In this document: one piece after another, positions 48,282 to 60,669 of the stretch | How the letters are laid out: every line of letters starts with the position of its first letter | Numbering within the stretch: the stretch's first letter is position 1 | Source of the DNA: Candidatus Eiseniibacteriota bacterium | GTDB lineage: Bacteria; Eisenbacteria; RBG-16-71-46 | Reading direction: 5' to 3' | Assembly: GCA_963717505.1 (NCBI GenBank) | Contig: OY970342.1 | Span: 3,072,001 to 3,136,000, forward strand | DNA length: 64,000 nt | The notes under the pieces: model-generated | Seen by the model: the letters and a program-made list of their open reading frames with translations, nothing else | Told to the model about the DNA's origin: nothing | Database searches by the model: none | Position numbers and translations under genes: made by a program

Positions 48282-49516
48282 ACGTCTCCTTCTGGATCGC
48301 GGCCCGTTACCTGCGCACGCGACGCCACAATGGCTTCATCACCCTGCTCACCGGCATTTCGATCGGCGGCGTGGCGCTCGGGGTGACCGCGCTGCTCACC
48401 GTGCTCGCGGTGATGAACGGCTTCGAGAACGAGATCCAATCGCGGATCGCCGGCACCGATGCCCATGTCGTGTTGCTGGGGGCGGACGCCGCCGGCATCG
48501 CCGAGCCCGAGCCGGTAATCGAGCGGCTGCGAGCCGAGCCGGGCGTGGTCGGGGTGGCACCCTTCACCTACGTCAAGGCGATGGTGTTCCGCGAGGGCCT
48601 GACCGAGGGGATGGTGGTCAAAGGCGTGGACCTCGAGCGCGAACGCGAGGTCACGACCATCGGCCGAAACATCCAGCCGCCGCTCGACTCGATCCCGACC
48701 CATACGCCAGGAGGCCTGCCCGGCATCGTCCTGGGCTCCGAGCTGGCCGCCCGCCTGGGCGCCCGGGTCGGGCAGGCAGTGGTGCTGGCGACTCTGTCGG
48801 GGGCGCCGCAATCGGCGCTCGGCTTCGCGCCACGCCTCCGGCAGTTCGAGCTGGTGGGTGTGTTCACCTCGGGGCTCTACACCTACGACTCGAGTTTCGG
48901 ATTCATTTCGATCCCCGCCGCCCAGGAGTTCTTCCAGCTCGGATTCGGGGTGACCGGGATCGAGGTCCGGCTCGCCGACATGTTCGACGCGCCGCGCGCG
49001 GCGGGCGCTCTGCTGCGCGCCGCGGACCGGCGGGATCTCCGGGTCAACAACTGGATCGAGCTCAACCGAAACCTGTTCACCTGGATGAAGCTCGAGAAAA
49101 CGGTCATGTTCCTGATCCTGGCGCTGATCGTCCTGGTCGCGGCGTTCAACATCGTGAGCACGCTGTTCATGGTCGTGCTCGAGAAGCGGCGCGACATCGG
49201 CGTGCTCAAGAGCATGGGCGCGGACGCGCCGACCGTGCTGCGGATCTTCCTGGTCGAAGGACTGCTGATCGGCGGCATCGGGACCCTGCTCGGAGTGGTT
49301 CTGGGCGGCGTGCTGATCGCCGTCCTCCAGCGTTATCCTTTTGTCCGGTTACCGGGCGACGTCTACTTCATCGAGCGGCTCCCGGTGCGTCCCGAAGCCG
49401 GGGATTTCGCGGCGGTGATCGCGGCGGCGCTGGTGCTGTGCGCGGTCGCGGCCCTCTACCCGGCCTGGCGAGCCTCGCGGCTGGATCCGGTGGATGCGAT
49501 CCGCCGGCAGGCCTGA
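48278..49516 (+). CDS. lolE: Lipoprotein-releasing ABC permease LolC/E
   Basis: GVALGV.AL..VLAVMNGFE, VAAFNIVSTL, EKRRDIGVLKSMGA, YPAWRASRLDP. Confidence 0.92.
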   Translation: MNVSFWIAARYLRTRRHNGFITLLTGISIGGVALGVTALLTVLAVMNGFENEIQSRIAGTDAHVVLLGADAAGIAEPEPVIERLRAEPGVVGVAPFTYVKAMVFREGLTEGMVVKGVDLEREREVTTIGRNIQPPLDSIPTHTPGGLPGIVLGSELAARLGARVGQAVVLATLSGAPQSALGFAPRLRQFELVGVFTSGLYTYDSSFGFISIPAAQEFFQLGFGVTGIEVRLADMFDAPRAAGALLRAADRRDLRVNNWIELNRNLFTWMKLEKTVMFLILALIVLVAAFNIVSTLFMVVLEKRRDIGVLKSMGADAPTVLRIFLVEGLLIGGIGTLLGVVLGGVLIAVLQRYPFVRLPGDVYFIERLPVRPEAGDFAAVIAAALVLCAVAALYPAWRASRLDPVDAIRRQA

Positions 49517-49540
49517 GCGCATCCAACGGAGCGGTCATCC

Positions 49541-50245
49541 ATGGCGATCCCGGAGCCGATAACCGAAGCGGGTCTGGCGCTGGAGGCGGTCGACGTGCGC
49601 AAGTCGTATCGCTCGCCGACCGGGGTTCTCGAGGTGCTGAGGGGAGTGGATCTGGCGGTGGCGCGCGGAACCGTGGTCGCGGTGCTGGGGGCCTCGGGCT
49701 CGGGGAAGAGCACGTTGTTGAACGTGCTCGGAACGCTCGACCGGCCCGACGGCGGCTCGGTGACCCTGCGGGGGCGGCGGGCGGATCGGATGAGCGATCG
49801 CGAGCTGGCGGCGTTCCGGGCGCGTTCGCTCGGCTTCGTCTTCCAGTTCCATCATCTGTTGCCGGAGTTCACGGCCGAGGAGAACGTCATGATGCCGCTG
49901 CTGATCGCCGGAACGCCGGCCGAGCCGGCGCGCGCCCGTGCGCGCTCGGTACTGGCCGCGGTCGGACTCGACCAGCGCTGGCTGCACCGTCCCAGCGAAT
50001 TGTCGGGGGGCGAGGCGCAGCGGGTGGCGGTGGCGCGCTCGTTGGTCGCCGAACCCGAGCTGGTCCTGGCCGACGAGCCCTCCGGCAACCTCGACCGTGA
50101 GGCCGCGGGGGTGCTTCACGAAACCATGATCCGGCTCGCGCGCGAGCGCGGGCAGACGTTTGTGGTCGTGACCCACAATGATAGGCTGGCCGCACTCGCG
50201 GACCGCGTGTTGATTCTCGAGGATGGCCGGATCCGACCGGCCTGA
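49541..50245 (+). CDS. lolD: Lipoprotein-releasing ABC ATPase
   Basis: GASGSGKST, GFVFQFHHLLPEFT, LSGGE, ADEPSGNLD, VTH. Confidence 0.93.
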   Translation: MAIPEPITEAGLALEAVDVRKSYRSPTGVLEVLRGVDLAVARGTVVAVLGASGSGKSTLLNVLGTLDRPDGGSVTLRGRRADRMSDRELAAFRARSLGFVFQFHHLLPEFTAEENVMMPLLIAGTPAEPARARARSVLAAVGLDQRWLHRPSELSGGEAQRVAVARSLVAEPELVLADEPSGNLDREAAGVLHETMIRLARERGQTFVVVTHNDRLAALADRVLILEDGRIRPA

Positions 50246-50260
50246 GGAGACGTCCCGGCC

Positions 50261-50782
50261 ATGGTGTGTCAGGTGTGTGGCAAGAACCCGGCGACGGTGC
50301 ACTACACCGAATTCCATCACAACAAGATGTCGGAGATGCACGTGTGCAGCACGTGCGCCGAGGAGCGCGGGGTGAAGAACATCAAGGACAAACTCGACCT
50401 GACCCACGTCCTCGCCGACATGAACGACGGCATGACCCGCAACGACGAGGAGCGCGTCGGCGCCGTCCAGTGCCCGCGTTGCGGCACGAAGTATTCGCAG
50501 TTCAAGGAGACCGGACGGCTGGGCTGCGCGGCGTGCTACACCGCGTTCCAGTTCCAGCTGCGGCCGCTGTTGCGGCGGATCCACGGCGACACCCGGCATC
50601 GGGGCAAGACCCCGACCCGCGACGGCGAGGGGGCGTCCCGCTCGCGCCAGATCCACCGGCTGCACGACGAGCTGCAGCGTGCGGTCGAGCGCGAGGAGTT
50701 CGAGCACGCGGCCTCGATCCGCGACCAGATCCGGCAGCTCGAGTCCGAGATCAAGGCCGGCGGCGCGGCGGATCCGAAATGA
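50261..50782 (+). CDS. mcsA: McsA, activator of protein arginine kinase
   Basis: Four CxxC (CQVC, CSTC, CPRC, CAAC), IHG...HRGK.P, UVR domain EEFEHAASIRD. Confidence 0.93.
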   Translation: MVCQVCGKNPATVHYTEFHHNKMSEMHVCSTCAEERGVKNIKDKLDLTHVLADMNDGMTRNDEERVGAVQCPRCGTKYSQFKETGRLGCAACYTAFQFQLRPLLRRIHGDTRHRGKTPTRDGEGASRSRQIHRLHDELQRAVEREEFEHAASIRDQIRQLESEIKAGGAADPK

Positions 50783-51873
50783 GCGAGACCCCGAATTCGT
50801 TCCTCGACGCGATGCTGAACCGGCCGAGTCCGTGGCTGTCCGGCGAAGGGCCGTTCTCCGAGATGGTGCTGTCGACCCGGATCCGGTTGGCGCGCAACCT
50901 GGAGAGCGTGCCGTTCACGCATCGCGCGCGTGAAGAGCAATTGCAGGGCGTGCTGGTCAGCGTGTCGAACGCGGCCCAGCGCTCGTCGGCGCTGCGCGAC
51001 GGCCTGTTCGTGCGCATGGCGGATCTGAGTCCGGTCGAGCGGCAGACGCTGGTCGAGCGCCGTCTGGTCAGCCACGAGCTGGGCGATGCCAGCCGGCCGC
51101 GCGGCATCGTGATCGGTAGCCTCGAACGACTGGCGCTGATGATCAACGAGGAGGACCACCTCAGGCTCCAGGCGATGACCCCCGGATTCCAGCTGGCCGA
51201 GGCCTGGGGGATGGCCGACGCCGCGGACGACGAGTTGGACGGCGCGCTCGACTTCGCCTTCTCGGACGAGATCGGCTACCTGACGGCCTGCCCGACCAAC
51301 GTCGGCACCGGGCTCCGGGCCTCGGTGCTGATCCATCTTCCCGGTCTGGTCCTGCTCGACGAGATCCAGAAGGTGCTGAAGAGCATCATGCAGGTCGGAC
51401 TGAACGTGCGCGGATTGTACGGCGAGCACAGCGAGGTCATGGGCAATCTGTTCCAGGTGTCGAATCAGACGACGCTCGGACGCAGCGAGCACGACGCCAT
51501 CGACAGCCTCGATCGCGTCACCCGCCAGATCATCGAGACCGAGGAACGCGCGCGCGAGCGGATGATGCGCGACGCGCGCGTGCAGATCGAGGACAAGGTC
51601 TGGCGCGCCTACGGCACGCTCCGTCATTGCCGGTCGATTCACACCAAGGAAGTCATCAACCTGTGTTCCGCGGTGCGGTTGGGCGTGGCGCTGGGGGTTC
51701 CGGGCTTGTGTCCGCTGCCGGTGGTCAACGAGCTGATGGTGGCGACGCAGCCGGCGCACCTGCAGCGGCGGTTCGGCCCCGACCTGACCCCGCCCGAGCG
51801 CAGCGTGTATCGGGCCCAGGTGGTGCGCGAGCGACTCGCGGCCGCCGAGCGCGAGATGGATTCGGATTCCTGA
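50779..51873 (+). CDS. mcsB: Protein arginine kinase
   Basis: STRIRLARN, INEEDHLRLQ, GYLTACPTNVGTGLRASV, VRGLYGE, QVSNQ.TLG, QPAHLQ. Confidence 0.95.
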   Translation: MSETPNSFLDAMLNRPSPWLSGEGPFSEMVLSTRIRLARNLESVPFTHRAREEQLQGVLVSVSNAAQRSSALRDGLFVRMADLSPVERQTLVERRLVSHELGDASRPRGIVIGSLERLALMINEEDHLRLQAMTPGFQLAEAWGMADAADDELDGALDFAFSDEIGYLTACPTNVGTGLRASVLIHLPGLVLLDEIQKVLKSIMQVGLNVRGLYGEHSEVMGNLFQVSNQTTLGRSEHDAIDSLDRVTRQIIETEERARERMMRDARVQIEDKVWRAYGTLRHCRSIHTKEVINLCSAVRLGVALGVPGLCPLPVVNELMVATQPAHLQRRFGPDLTPPERSVYRAQVVRERLAAAEREMDSDS

Positions 51874-51937
51874 CACGAACATCGGGGAGTGCCGCGCCGC
51901 CCGAGCGGGCGAACGCGGCGTTCCAGTGAGGGACGAC

Positions 51938-54427
<2,490 letters not shown>

Positions 54428-54434
54428 CGCGCTG

Positions 54435-56876
54435 TTGCTGCTCGCGGCCCTCGCCCTCCCGGCGGGGGCCGGAGCGCAGCCGTCCCCGGCCGATTCGCTC
54501 GCGCGGCCGGGTGCCGCACCGGTTTCGCCCGACACGCTGGCGGTCCCCGAGGTCGAGGTCCAGGCGGCACCGGCCCGGGTGCGACGCGTCGGCGAGATCT
54601 CGGTCGAAGGCAACACCTGGACCGATCGCGAGCGAATCGTGCGCACCTTCGACGTTCCCAGCGGGGCCCGCTTCACCGACGAAGCACTGCGGCGCGGGCT
54701 GCGCAAGCTGTTCGCCCTCGGCCTGTTCGCCGACGCCTGGGTCGAGACCCGCGATCGTGGGGAACTGGTCGACCTGGTCCTGCACGTGCTCGAGCGTGCC
54801 CGGATCGGCAAGATCACGTTCACCGGGCAGAAGGCTCGCGACGCCGAGGATCTCGAAGGACGCCTGATCCTCAAGGTCGGCGACCCCTATCACCCGACCC
54901 AGCTCCAGACCCAGATCGACTCGCTGAAGCGCTACTACCGCGAGGAAGGCTATCCACGCGCCGAGTTCGAGGCCAAGGCCGACACGCTGCCCGATCGCCG
55001 CCTCGAGGTGACGTTCCAGGTGCGCGAAGGCGAACGCGTGCGCATCGAGCGAATCGAGATCGAAGGCGCCAAGGCGTTCGATGTCGATGCGGCGCGCAAG
55101 AAGATGAAGAACAAACCGCGCAGCATGTTCGGCGGCGGCGAGCCGAAGGACGAAGAGATCAACGCCGACATCGCGTCGCTCGAGGCCTTCTATCACAACC
55201 GCGGTTACCGAGACATGCGCGTGCTCGGTTACGAGTTCCGGCCGGGATCGCGCCCGGATCGGCAGATCCTGGTGTTCAAGATCGAGGAAGGCCGCCCGTA
55301 CAAGTTCGGCGAGGTGCGCTGGTCCGGCAACCGCTCGGTCGGTCCGGCGGCACTCGACCGGGTGTGGCGCAACTCGCCGAGCCGGGTGGTCTACGACCAG
55401 TCCCGGATCGACCAGGTGCGCAGCGAAGCCTTCGCGATGTACGCCGAGGAAGGGTATCTGTACCTCGACATCGACGCGCGTGAATCGGTCCGCGATTCCG
55501 ACAAGGTCGACGTCACCTTCGTGATCACCGAGGGCCGGCCGTCGCAGATCCGCTACATCAACATCAACGGCAACAAAGGCACCCGCGAGCACGTCATCCG
55601 CCGCGAGATGGTGATTCACGAAGGCGACCGCTTCCGTCGCTCGACCCTGGTGCGCACCCAGGGCGACATCTTCCGCCTCGGCCTGTTCGAGGACGTGCAG
55701 ATCGATTTCTCACCGGCCGACAGCTCCGACGTCGACATCGTGCTCAAGGTCAAGGAAAAGCAGGTCGGAACCGCCTCGGCGGGCGCCGGCTTCACCGGCG
55801 AGACCGGACTCACCGGGTTCCTCGAGCTCGGCCACAACAATGTCCTGGGCAACAATCAGTCGCTGAACCTGCACCTCGAACGCGGCGGCCGGCGCCAGGA
55901 CTACGTGCTGAGTTTCACCGAGCCCTGGTTCCGCGGGACGCCGACGTTGCTCGGTTTCTCGCTGTTCAACTCCGAACGCGAACGCGACCTCTACATCGAG
56001 AAACGCATCGGCGGTTCGGGGCGCATCGGGCGGCCGCTGCCGTGGCCCGATTACTCACGCGGCTCGATCGCCTACCGGCTCGAGCGCGTCGAAATCGACG
56101 CGCTGACCAACACGTTGACCGCGCAGGACAGCGTGGCGCTCCAAGGACTGCCGCTGGGTGAGCGGGTGCTGACCAGCAGCGTGACGCTCGGGTTCACACG
56201 CAACAGCGCCAACCACCCTCAGTATCCGACCGGCGGGACGCGGCTCATCCTCGAGAGCGAGCTGGCCGGTGGCATATTCGGCGGTTCGGTCTGGTTCAAC
56301 AAGAACCGCCTGGATGGCCGCATGTACTTTCCCTCGCCGCTCCGCGGGGTCAGCACCATGCTGCGGGCGCGCCTCGGCGTTCTGAGTCCCTACGTCGGTC
56401 AAACCACGCCGGTGCCGGAGTACGAGCGCTTCCGTCTGGGCGGCGGCACGACGCTCGATCCCCTACGCGGCTACGACGACTACCTGGTGGTGCCCGAGAA
56501 GTTCATCCGCGCGGTGCACGACACGCTGGACAAGAATGCGCCCTACGACAGCGTCAGCACGGCGGTGGTGCGCTACCCGGGCGGCCGGTTCATGTCGGTG
56601 TATACGGTCGAGCAGCAGTTCCCGATCGTCCATCCGTTGCATGCGGTGCTGTTCTTCGACGCCGGCAATACCTGGGACCTGGGGCACGAAGTCCGGCCAT
56701 TCGACCTCAACATGTCGGCGGGGATAGGATTCCGGCTCGAGATCCCGCTGCTCGGCAACATCGGCTTCGACTACGGCTACGGGTTCGATCGCATCGAGTA
56801 CAACAACCTGACCGGCACGTTCGTGAAACGGCCACGGTGGAAGGGGCATTTCCTGCTCGGGAACTTCGGCTTCTGA
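54435..56876 (+). CDS. bamA: Outer-membrane protein assembly factor BamA (start uncertain, may overlap clpC)
   Basis: Five POTRA-like repeats, GNKGTREHVIRRE, FTEPWF, LRGY, DYGYG, terminal Phe. Confidence 0.92.
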   Translation: MLLAALALPAGAGAQPSPADSLARPGAAPVSPDTLAVPEVEVQAAPARVRRVGEISVEGNTWTDRERIVRTFDVPSGARFTDEALRRGLRKLFALGLFADAWVETRDRGELVDLVLHVLERARIGKITFTGQKARDAEDLEGRLILKVGDPYHPTQLQTQIDSLKRYYREEGYPRAEFEAKADTLPDRRLEVTFQVREGERVRIERIEIEGAKAFDVDAARKKMKNKPRSMFGGGEPKDEEINADIASLEAFYHNRGYRDMRVLGYEFRPGSRPDRQILVFKIEEGRPYKFGEVRWSGNRSVGPAALDRVWRNSPSRVVYDQSRIDQVRSEAFAMYAEEGYLYLDIDARESVRDSDKVDVTFVITEGRPSQIRYININGNKGTREHVIRREMVIHEGDRFRRSTLVRTQGDIFRLGLFEDVQIDFSPADSSDVDIVLKVKEKQVGTASAGAGFTGETGLTGFLELGHNNVLGNNQSLNLHLERGGRRQDYVLSFTEPWFRGTPTLLGFSLFNSERERDLYIEKRIGGSGRIGRPLPWPDYSRGSIAYRLERVEIDALTNTLTAQDSVALQGLPLGERVLTSSVTLGFTRNSANHPQYPTGGTRLILESELAGGIFGGSVWFNKNRLDGRMYFPSPLRGVSTMLRARLGVLSPYVGQTTPVPEYERFRLGGGTTLDPLRGYDDYLVVPEKFIRAVHDTLDKNAPYDSVSTAVVRYPGGRFMSVYTVEQQFPIVHPLHAVLFFDAGNTWDLGHEVRPFDLNMSAGIGFRLEIPLLGNIGFDYGYGFDRIEYNNLTGTFVKRPRWKGHFLLGNFGF

Positions 56877-57454
56877 TGAGAAACCCGGAAACCGGAGGGA
56901 TCCGCGCGCGCGCGCCCGGCCGGAGCGCGCGGGCCGGGCTGGTGCTGGTGTGGCTGGGCGTGCTGGTCCCGGCGGCACACGCTCAGGTGCGCATCGGCTA
57001 TATTGACTCCGCCCGGATCTTCCAGGAGTACGACGCGGCCAAGGAAGCGCAGGCGCGCTTCGACCGTCAGGTCACGGGCTGGCGGGACGAAGCCGCCGAG
57101 AAGCAGAAGGTGGTCGAGACGCTGCGTGCCGAGGTGCGCGACCAGTCGCCGATCCTGTCGACGCTCAAGCGTCAGGAGAAGGAGCAGGCGCTGCAGCGGG
57201 CGGTCGGCGAGTACGAGAAGTTCATTCAGGAGATCTGGGGACCGCAGGGTCGGGCCGCCCAGGAGAACGAACGGGCCACGGCGGAAGTCGTGGCGCAGAT
57301 CCGCTCGGCGGTCGAGAAGATCGCCAGCGAACAGAACCTCGACTTGGTGCTCGATGCCGCGAGCGGCTATCTCATCTACGCGAACAAGTCCCTCGACTTC
57401 ACGCTCGCGGTTCTGGAAGAACTGAAGACGCGCTCCCCGGCGACGAGTCCGTAG
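56876..57454 (+). CDS. skp: Periplasmic chaperone Skp/OmpH
   Basis: Signal peptide AHA-Q, IGYID..RIF, coiled coil, DLVLD...YA...DFT. Confidence 0.9.
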   Translation: MRNPETGGIRARAPGRSARAGLVLVWLGVLVPAAHAQVRIGYIDSARIFQEYDAAKEAQARFDRQVTGWRDEAAEKQKVVETLRAEVRDQSPILSTLKRQEKEQALQRAVGEYEKFIQEIWGPQGRAAQENERATAEVVAQIRSAVEKIASEQNLDLVLDAASGYLIYANKSLDFTLAVLEELKTRSPATSP

Positions 57455-57490
57455 GACATGGGTCCTGGAGACCGACCGGAGAAGGAACTC

Positions 57491-58540
57491 ATGACGAAAC
57501 ACACCCTGGCCGAAATCGCGGAACTGCTCGGCGGGACCGTGGTCGGCGATCCGGCCACCGAGATTCGCGGGGTGGCCGGGATTCGCGAGGCGATGCCCGG
57601 GGACATCACGTTCCTGGCCAACGCCCGCTACGAGCCGCACCTGCTCGAGACCCGGGCGTCGGCGGTGATCTGCTCGCGCGAAACGCGCGAGGCGCCGATA
57701 CCGATCCTGCACGTCGACAACCCCTATCTCGCCTTCCAGCGGGTGGTGCGCGAGTTCCGGCCGGATCCGGTGCGCGCCGAGCCCGGGGTGCATCCCACGG
57801 CGGCGGTCGCCCTTGACGCGGTGCTCGGCGCCGGCGTTTCGATCGGACCCTGGTGCGTGATCGGCGCCGGGGCGCGAATCGGGGAGGGCTCGATCCTCAT
57901 GGCCGGCTGCGCCATCGGGCCGGGGAGCGTGGTCGGGAACGACACGTTGCTCTATCCCAATGTCACGGTGCGCGAGGAGTGCACGATCGGGAGCCGTTGC
58001 ATCCTCCACCCGGGCGTGGTGATCGGCAGCGACGGATTCGGATTCGCGCTCGACGCGGGTCGCTACCACAAGGTGCCGCAGGTCGGAACGGTCGAGATCG
58101 GCGACGACGTCGAGATCGGTTCGAACTCCACGATCGATCGGGCGACCACCGACGCCACCCGGATTGGCGACGGCACCAAGATCGACAATCTGGTCCAGAT
58201 CGGACACAACGTGCAGATCGGCAAACACTGCATCATCGTCGCGCAGGTCGGGATCGCGGGCAGCACGCGACTCGAGGACTATGTGACGGTGGCGGGGCAG
58301 GCCGGTCTGGTCGGGCACATCACGATCGGACAGGGGGCGATCATCGGCGCCAAGGCCGGTGTGTCGCGGTCGGTGCCGGCGAGTGCGGTGGTTTCGGGCT
58401 ATCCGGCGATGTCGCACGGATTGTTCAAGCGGGTCCACGCCATGCTGCAGCGGCTGCCCGACCTGTTCCAGCGCACCAAGGAGCTCGAGCGCCGCGTCGC
58501 TGAGATCGAACACGCTCCCGAGCGGGAACAAGTGCCGTGA
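57491..58540 (+). CDS. lpxD: UDP-3-O-acylglucosamine N-acyltransferase
   Basis: ITFL, NPY, hexapeptide repeats, GSDGFGF, IDR, KIDNLVQIGHN, GIAGS. Confidence 0.96.
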   Translation: MTKHTLAEIAELLGGTVVGDPATEIRGVAGIREAMPGDITFLANARYEPHLLETRASAVICSRETREAPIPILHVDNPYLAFQRVVREFRPDPVRAEPGVHPTAAVALDAVLGAGVSIGPWCVIGAGARIGEGSILMAGCAIGPGSVVGNDTLLYPNVTVREECTIGSRCILHPGVVIGSDGFGFALDAGRYHKVPQVGTVEIGDDVEIGSNSTIDRATTDATRIGDGTKIDNLVQIGHNVQIGKHCIIVAQVGIAGSTRLEDYVTVAGQAGLVGHITIGQGAIIGAKAGVSRSVPASAVVSGYPAMSHGLFKRVHAMLQRLPDLFQRTKELERRVAEIEHAPEREQVP

Positions 58541-59859
58541 AGCGAGCGAACCAACGCACCATCCAACACGAGACCAGCTTCTCTGGAGTCGGGCTCCACA
58601 CCGGCGAAGCCGGCCGCGTCACGTTTCGACCTGCGCCCGAAGACACCGGGCTGCTGTTCGTGCGCGCCGACCTGCCGGGCGCACCGGGGGTCCAGGTGCG
58701 AGCCGAGAACGCGCGCTTCGACCCCAAGGCCGGCCGGCGGACGATCCTCGAGCAGGACGGGGTCCAGGTCCATACCATGGAGCACCTGCTCGCCGCGGTC
58801 GGCGGGCTCGGGATCGACAATCTGATCATCGAGACCAGCACCATGGAGATTCCGGAACCGGCCGACGGCAGCGCGGCGCCGATCGCTCAGGTACTGCTCG
58901 AGGCCGGGATCGTCGAGCAAGAGCGGGCGCCCCGGCACATCAAGATCTCGAAGCCGGTGCGCTGGGCCTCGAACGGGGCCGAGATCTCCGCGACGCCGTT
59001 CGATGGGCTCCGGCTGACCTACCGGATCGAGTACCCGAATCCGCTGATCGGGACGCAGGTTCTGACGCTCGACGTGAATCGAGAAACGTTCCTGCGCGAC
59101 ATCGCCCCGGCGCGCACGTTCGTCCTCGAACGGGACCTCGACGCACTGCGCCGGGCCGGTTGGATCAAGGGCGGGCGGATCGAGAGCGCGGTGGTGGTCG
59201 GGGACGGCGCGATCCGGAATCCCGAGCCGCTGCGGTTCGACGACGAGTTCGTCCGTCACAAGCTGCTGGACCTGCTCGGCGACCTGACGCTGCTCGGCGG
59301 GCCGCTGATCGGACACGTCAGCGCCGTGCGCACCGGACACGAGGGACACGTGGCGTTCGTCCGCCAGCTGCGCTCGTCGCTGCCCATGCCGGGGCGGCGG
59401 GCGGGAGCGCCGCCGGACGAGTGGGACATCAGCGCGATCCAGGACCTGTTGCCGCACCGCTACCCGTTCCTCCTGGTCGATCGCATCACGCACCTCGAAG
59501 AAGGCAAGTGGATCGAGGGCATCAAGAACGTCACGATCAACGAGCCGTTCTTCGTAGGACACTTTCCGGGGCATCCGATCATGCCGGCGGTGTTGATCGT
59601 CGAAGCCATGGCCCAGGTCGGCGGACTGTTGCTGCTGAACTCGGTCGACGACCCGAGCGAGAACCTCATGTACTTCATGGGCATCGACGGCGCCCGCTTT
59701 CGCCGACCGGTCACCCCGGGAGACCAGCTGCGCTTCCACGTGACGTTGCTGCGGCTGAAGGGCGGCAGGGCGAAGATGCGCGGCGAAGTCTTCGTGGACG
59801 GACAGCGCGTCGCCGAAGCCGAGCTGATGGCCACCGTGGTTCCGCGGCGGCAGGCGTGA
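58537..59859 (+). CDS. lpxC: Bifunctional LpxC deacetylase / FabZ dehydratase
   Basis: GVGLHTG, TMEHLLAA, ARTF, HKLLDLLGDL; then LPHRYPFLLVDRI, GHFP..PIMPAVLIVEAMAQ. Confidence 0.96.
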   Translation: MKRANQRTIQHETSFSGVGLHTGEAGRVTFRPAPEDTGLLFVRADLPGAPGVQVRAENARFDPKAGRRTILEQDGVQVHTMEHLLAAVGGLGIDNLIIETSTMEIPEPADGSAAPIAQVLLEAGIVEQERAPRHIKISKPVRWASNGAEISATPFDGLRLTYRIEYPNPLIGTQVLTLDVNRETFLRDIAPARTFVLERDLDALRRAGWIKGGRIESAVVVGDGAIRNPEPLRFDDEFVRHKLLDLLGDLTLLGGPLIGHVSAVRTGHEGHVAFVRQLRSSLPMPGRRAGAPPDEWDISAIQDLLPHRYPFLLVDRITHLEEGKWIEGIKNVTINEPFFVGHFPGHPIMPAVLIVEAMAQVGGLLLLNSVDDPSENLMYFMGIDGARFRRPVTPGDQLRFHVTLLRLKGGRAKMRGEVFVDGQRVAEAELMATVVPRRQA

Positions 59860-60659
59860 GCGCGGCGGAGCCCGCGACCATGGAGGCGCCGCAAGTTCAT
59901 CCGGCCGCGTTCGTCGATCCGGCAGCACGTCTCGCGCCCGGCGTGGTGGTCGAGCCGGGGGCGATCGTCGGCCCGCACGTTCAGGTCGGCGCCGGGACCC
60001 GCATCGGCAGCTATGCGAACGTCTCAGGATGGACGCGACTCGGCGAGCATTGTCGGGTTCATCATTGCGCGGTGGTCGGGGGGCCACCCCAGGACCTCAA
60101 GTACAAAGGCGGCGAGTCGTACCTCGAAGTCGGCGACCACACCATTCTGCGGGAGTTCTCGAGCGTGCACCTGGCGGCCGAGCCCGGGAACATCACGCGG
60201 ATCGGCAGCCATTGCCTGGTCATGGCCTACGCGCACGTCGCCCATGACTGCCAGGTCGGCAATCACGTGATCCTGTCCAACGTGGTCCAGCTCGCGGGCT
60301 TCGTGACCATCGAAGACTGGGCGATCCTCGGCGGCATGGCGGGGGTCCATCAGTTCACGCGCATCGGGTGCCACGCGATGGTCGGCGGCGCCTCGCGTGT
60401 CGCGCAGGACGTGGCGCCCTACGTCAAGCTGGCCGGCAATCCGCCGCGGCCGGTGGGCCTCAACGCGATTGGGCTCGAGCGCCGTGGGATCTCGGCGGAG
60501 GCGATCGCGGCGCTCGAAGTCGCCTACAAGCTGCTCTTCCGCCGCAATCTGCCCGTCGTCGAGGCGGTGGCGCGCATTCGATCCGAGCTGCCGGCGCTGC
60601 CCGAAGTCGAGCACCTGGCCCGCTTCGCCGAGACGTCGGCGCGCGGGCTGACACGCTGA
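59856..60659 (+). CDS. lpxA: UDP-N-acetylglucosamine acyltransferase
   Basis: VHPAA, PQDLKY, ILRE, HVAHDC, VHQFTRIG, QDVAPY, GLN.IGL.RRG; start 59856 or 59880. Confidence 0.95.
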   Translation: MSAAEPATMEAPQVHPAAFVDPAARLAPGVVVEPGAIVGPHVQVGAGTRIGSYANVSGWTRLGEHCRVHHCAVVGGPPQDLKYKGGESYLEVGDHTILREFSSVHLAAEPGNITRIGSHCLVMAYAHVAHDCQVGNHVILSNVVQLAGFVTIEDWAILGGMAGVHQFTRIGCHAMVGGASRVAQDVAPYVKLAGNPPRPVGLNAIGLERRGISAEAIAALEVAYKLLFRRNLPVVEAVARIRSELPALPEVEHLARFAETSARGLTR

Positions 60660-60669
60660 GGAACGCGTC

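Noticed and set aside
58537-59859. LpxC-FabZ fusion as a novelty
   Set aside because: Well known in Bacteroidota and related lineages.
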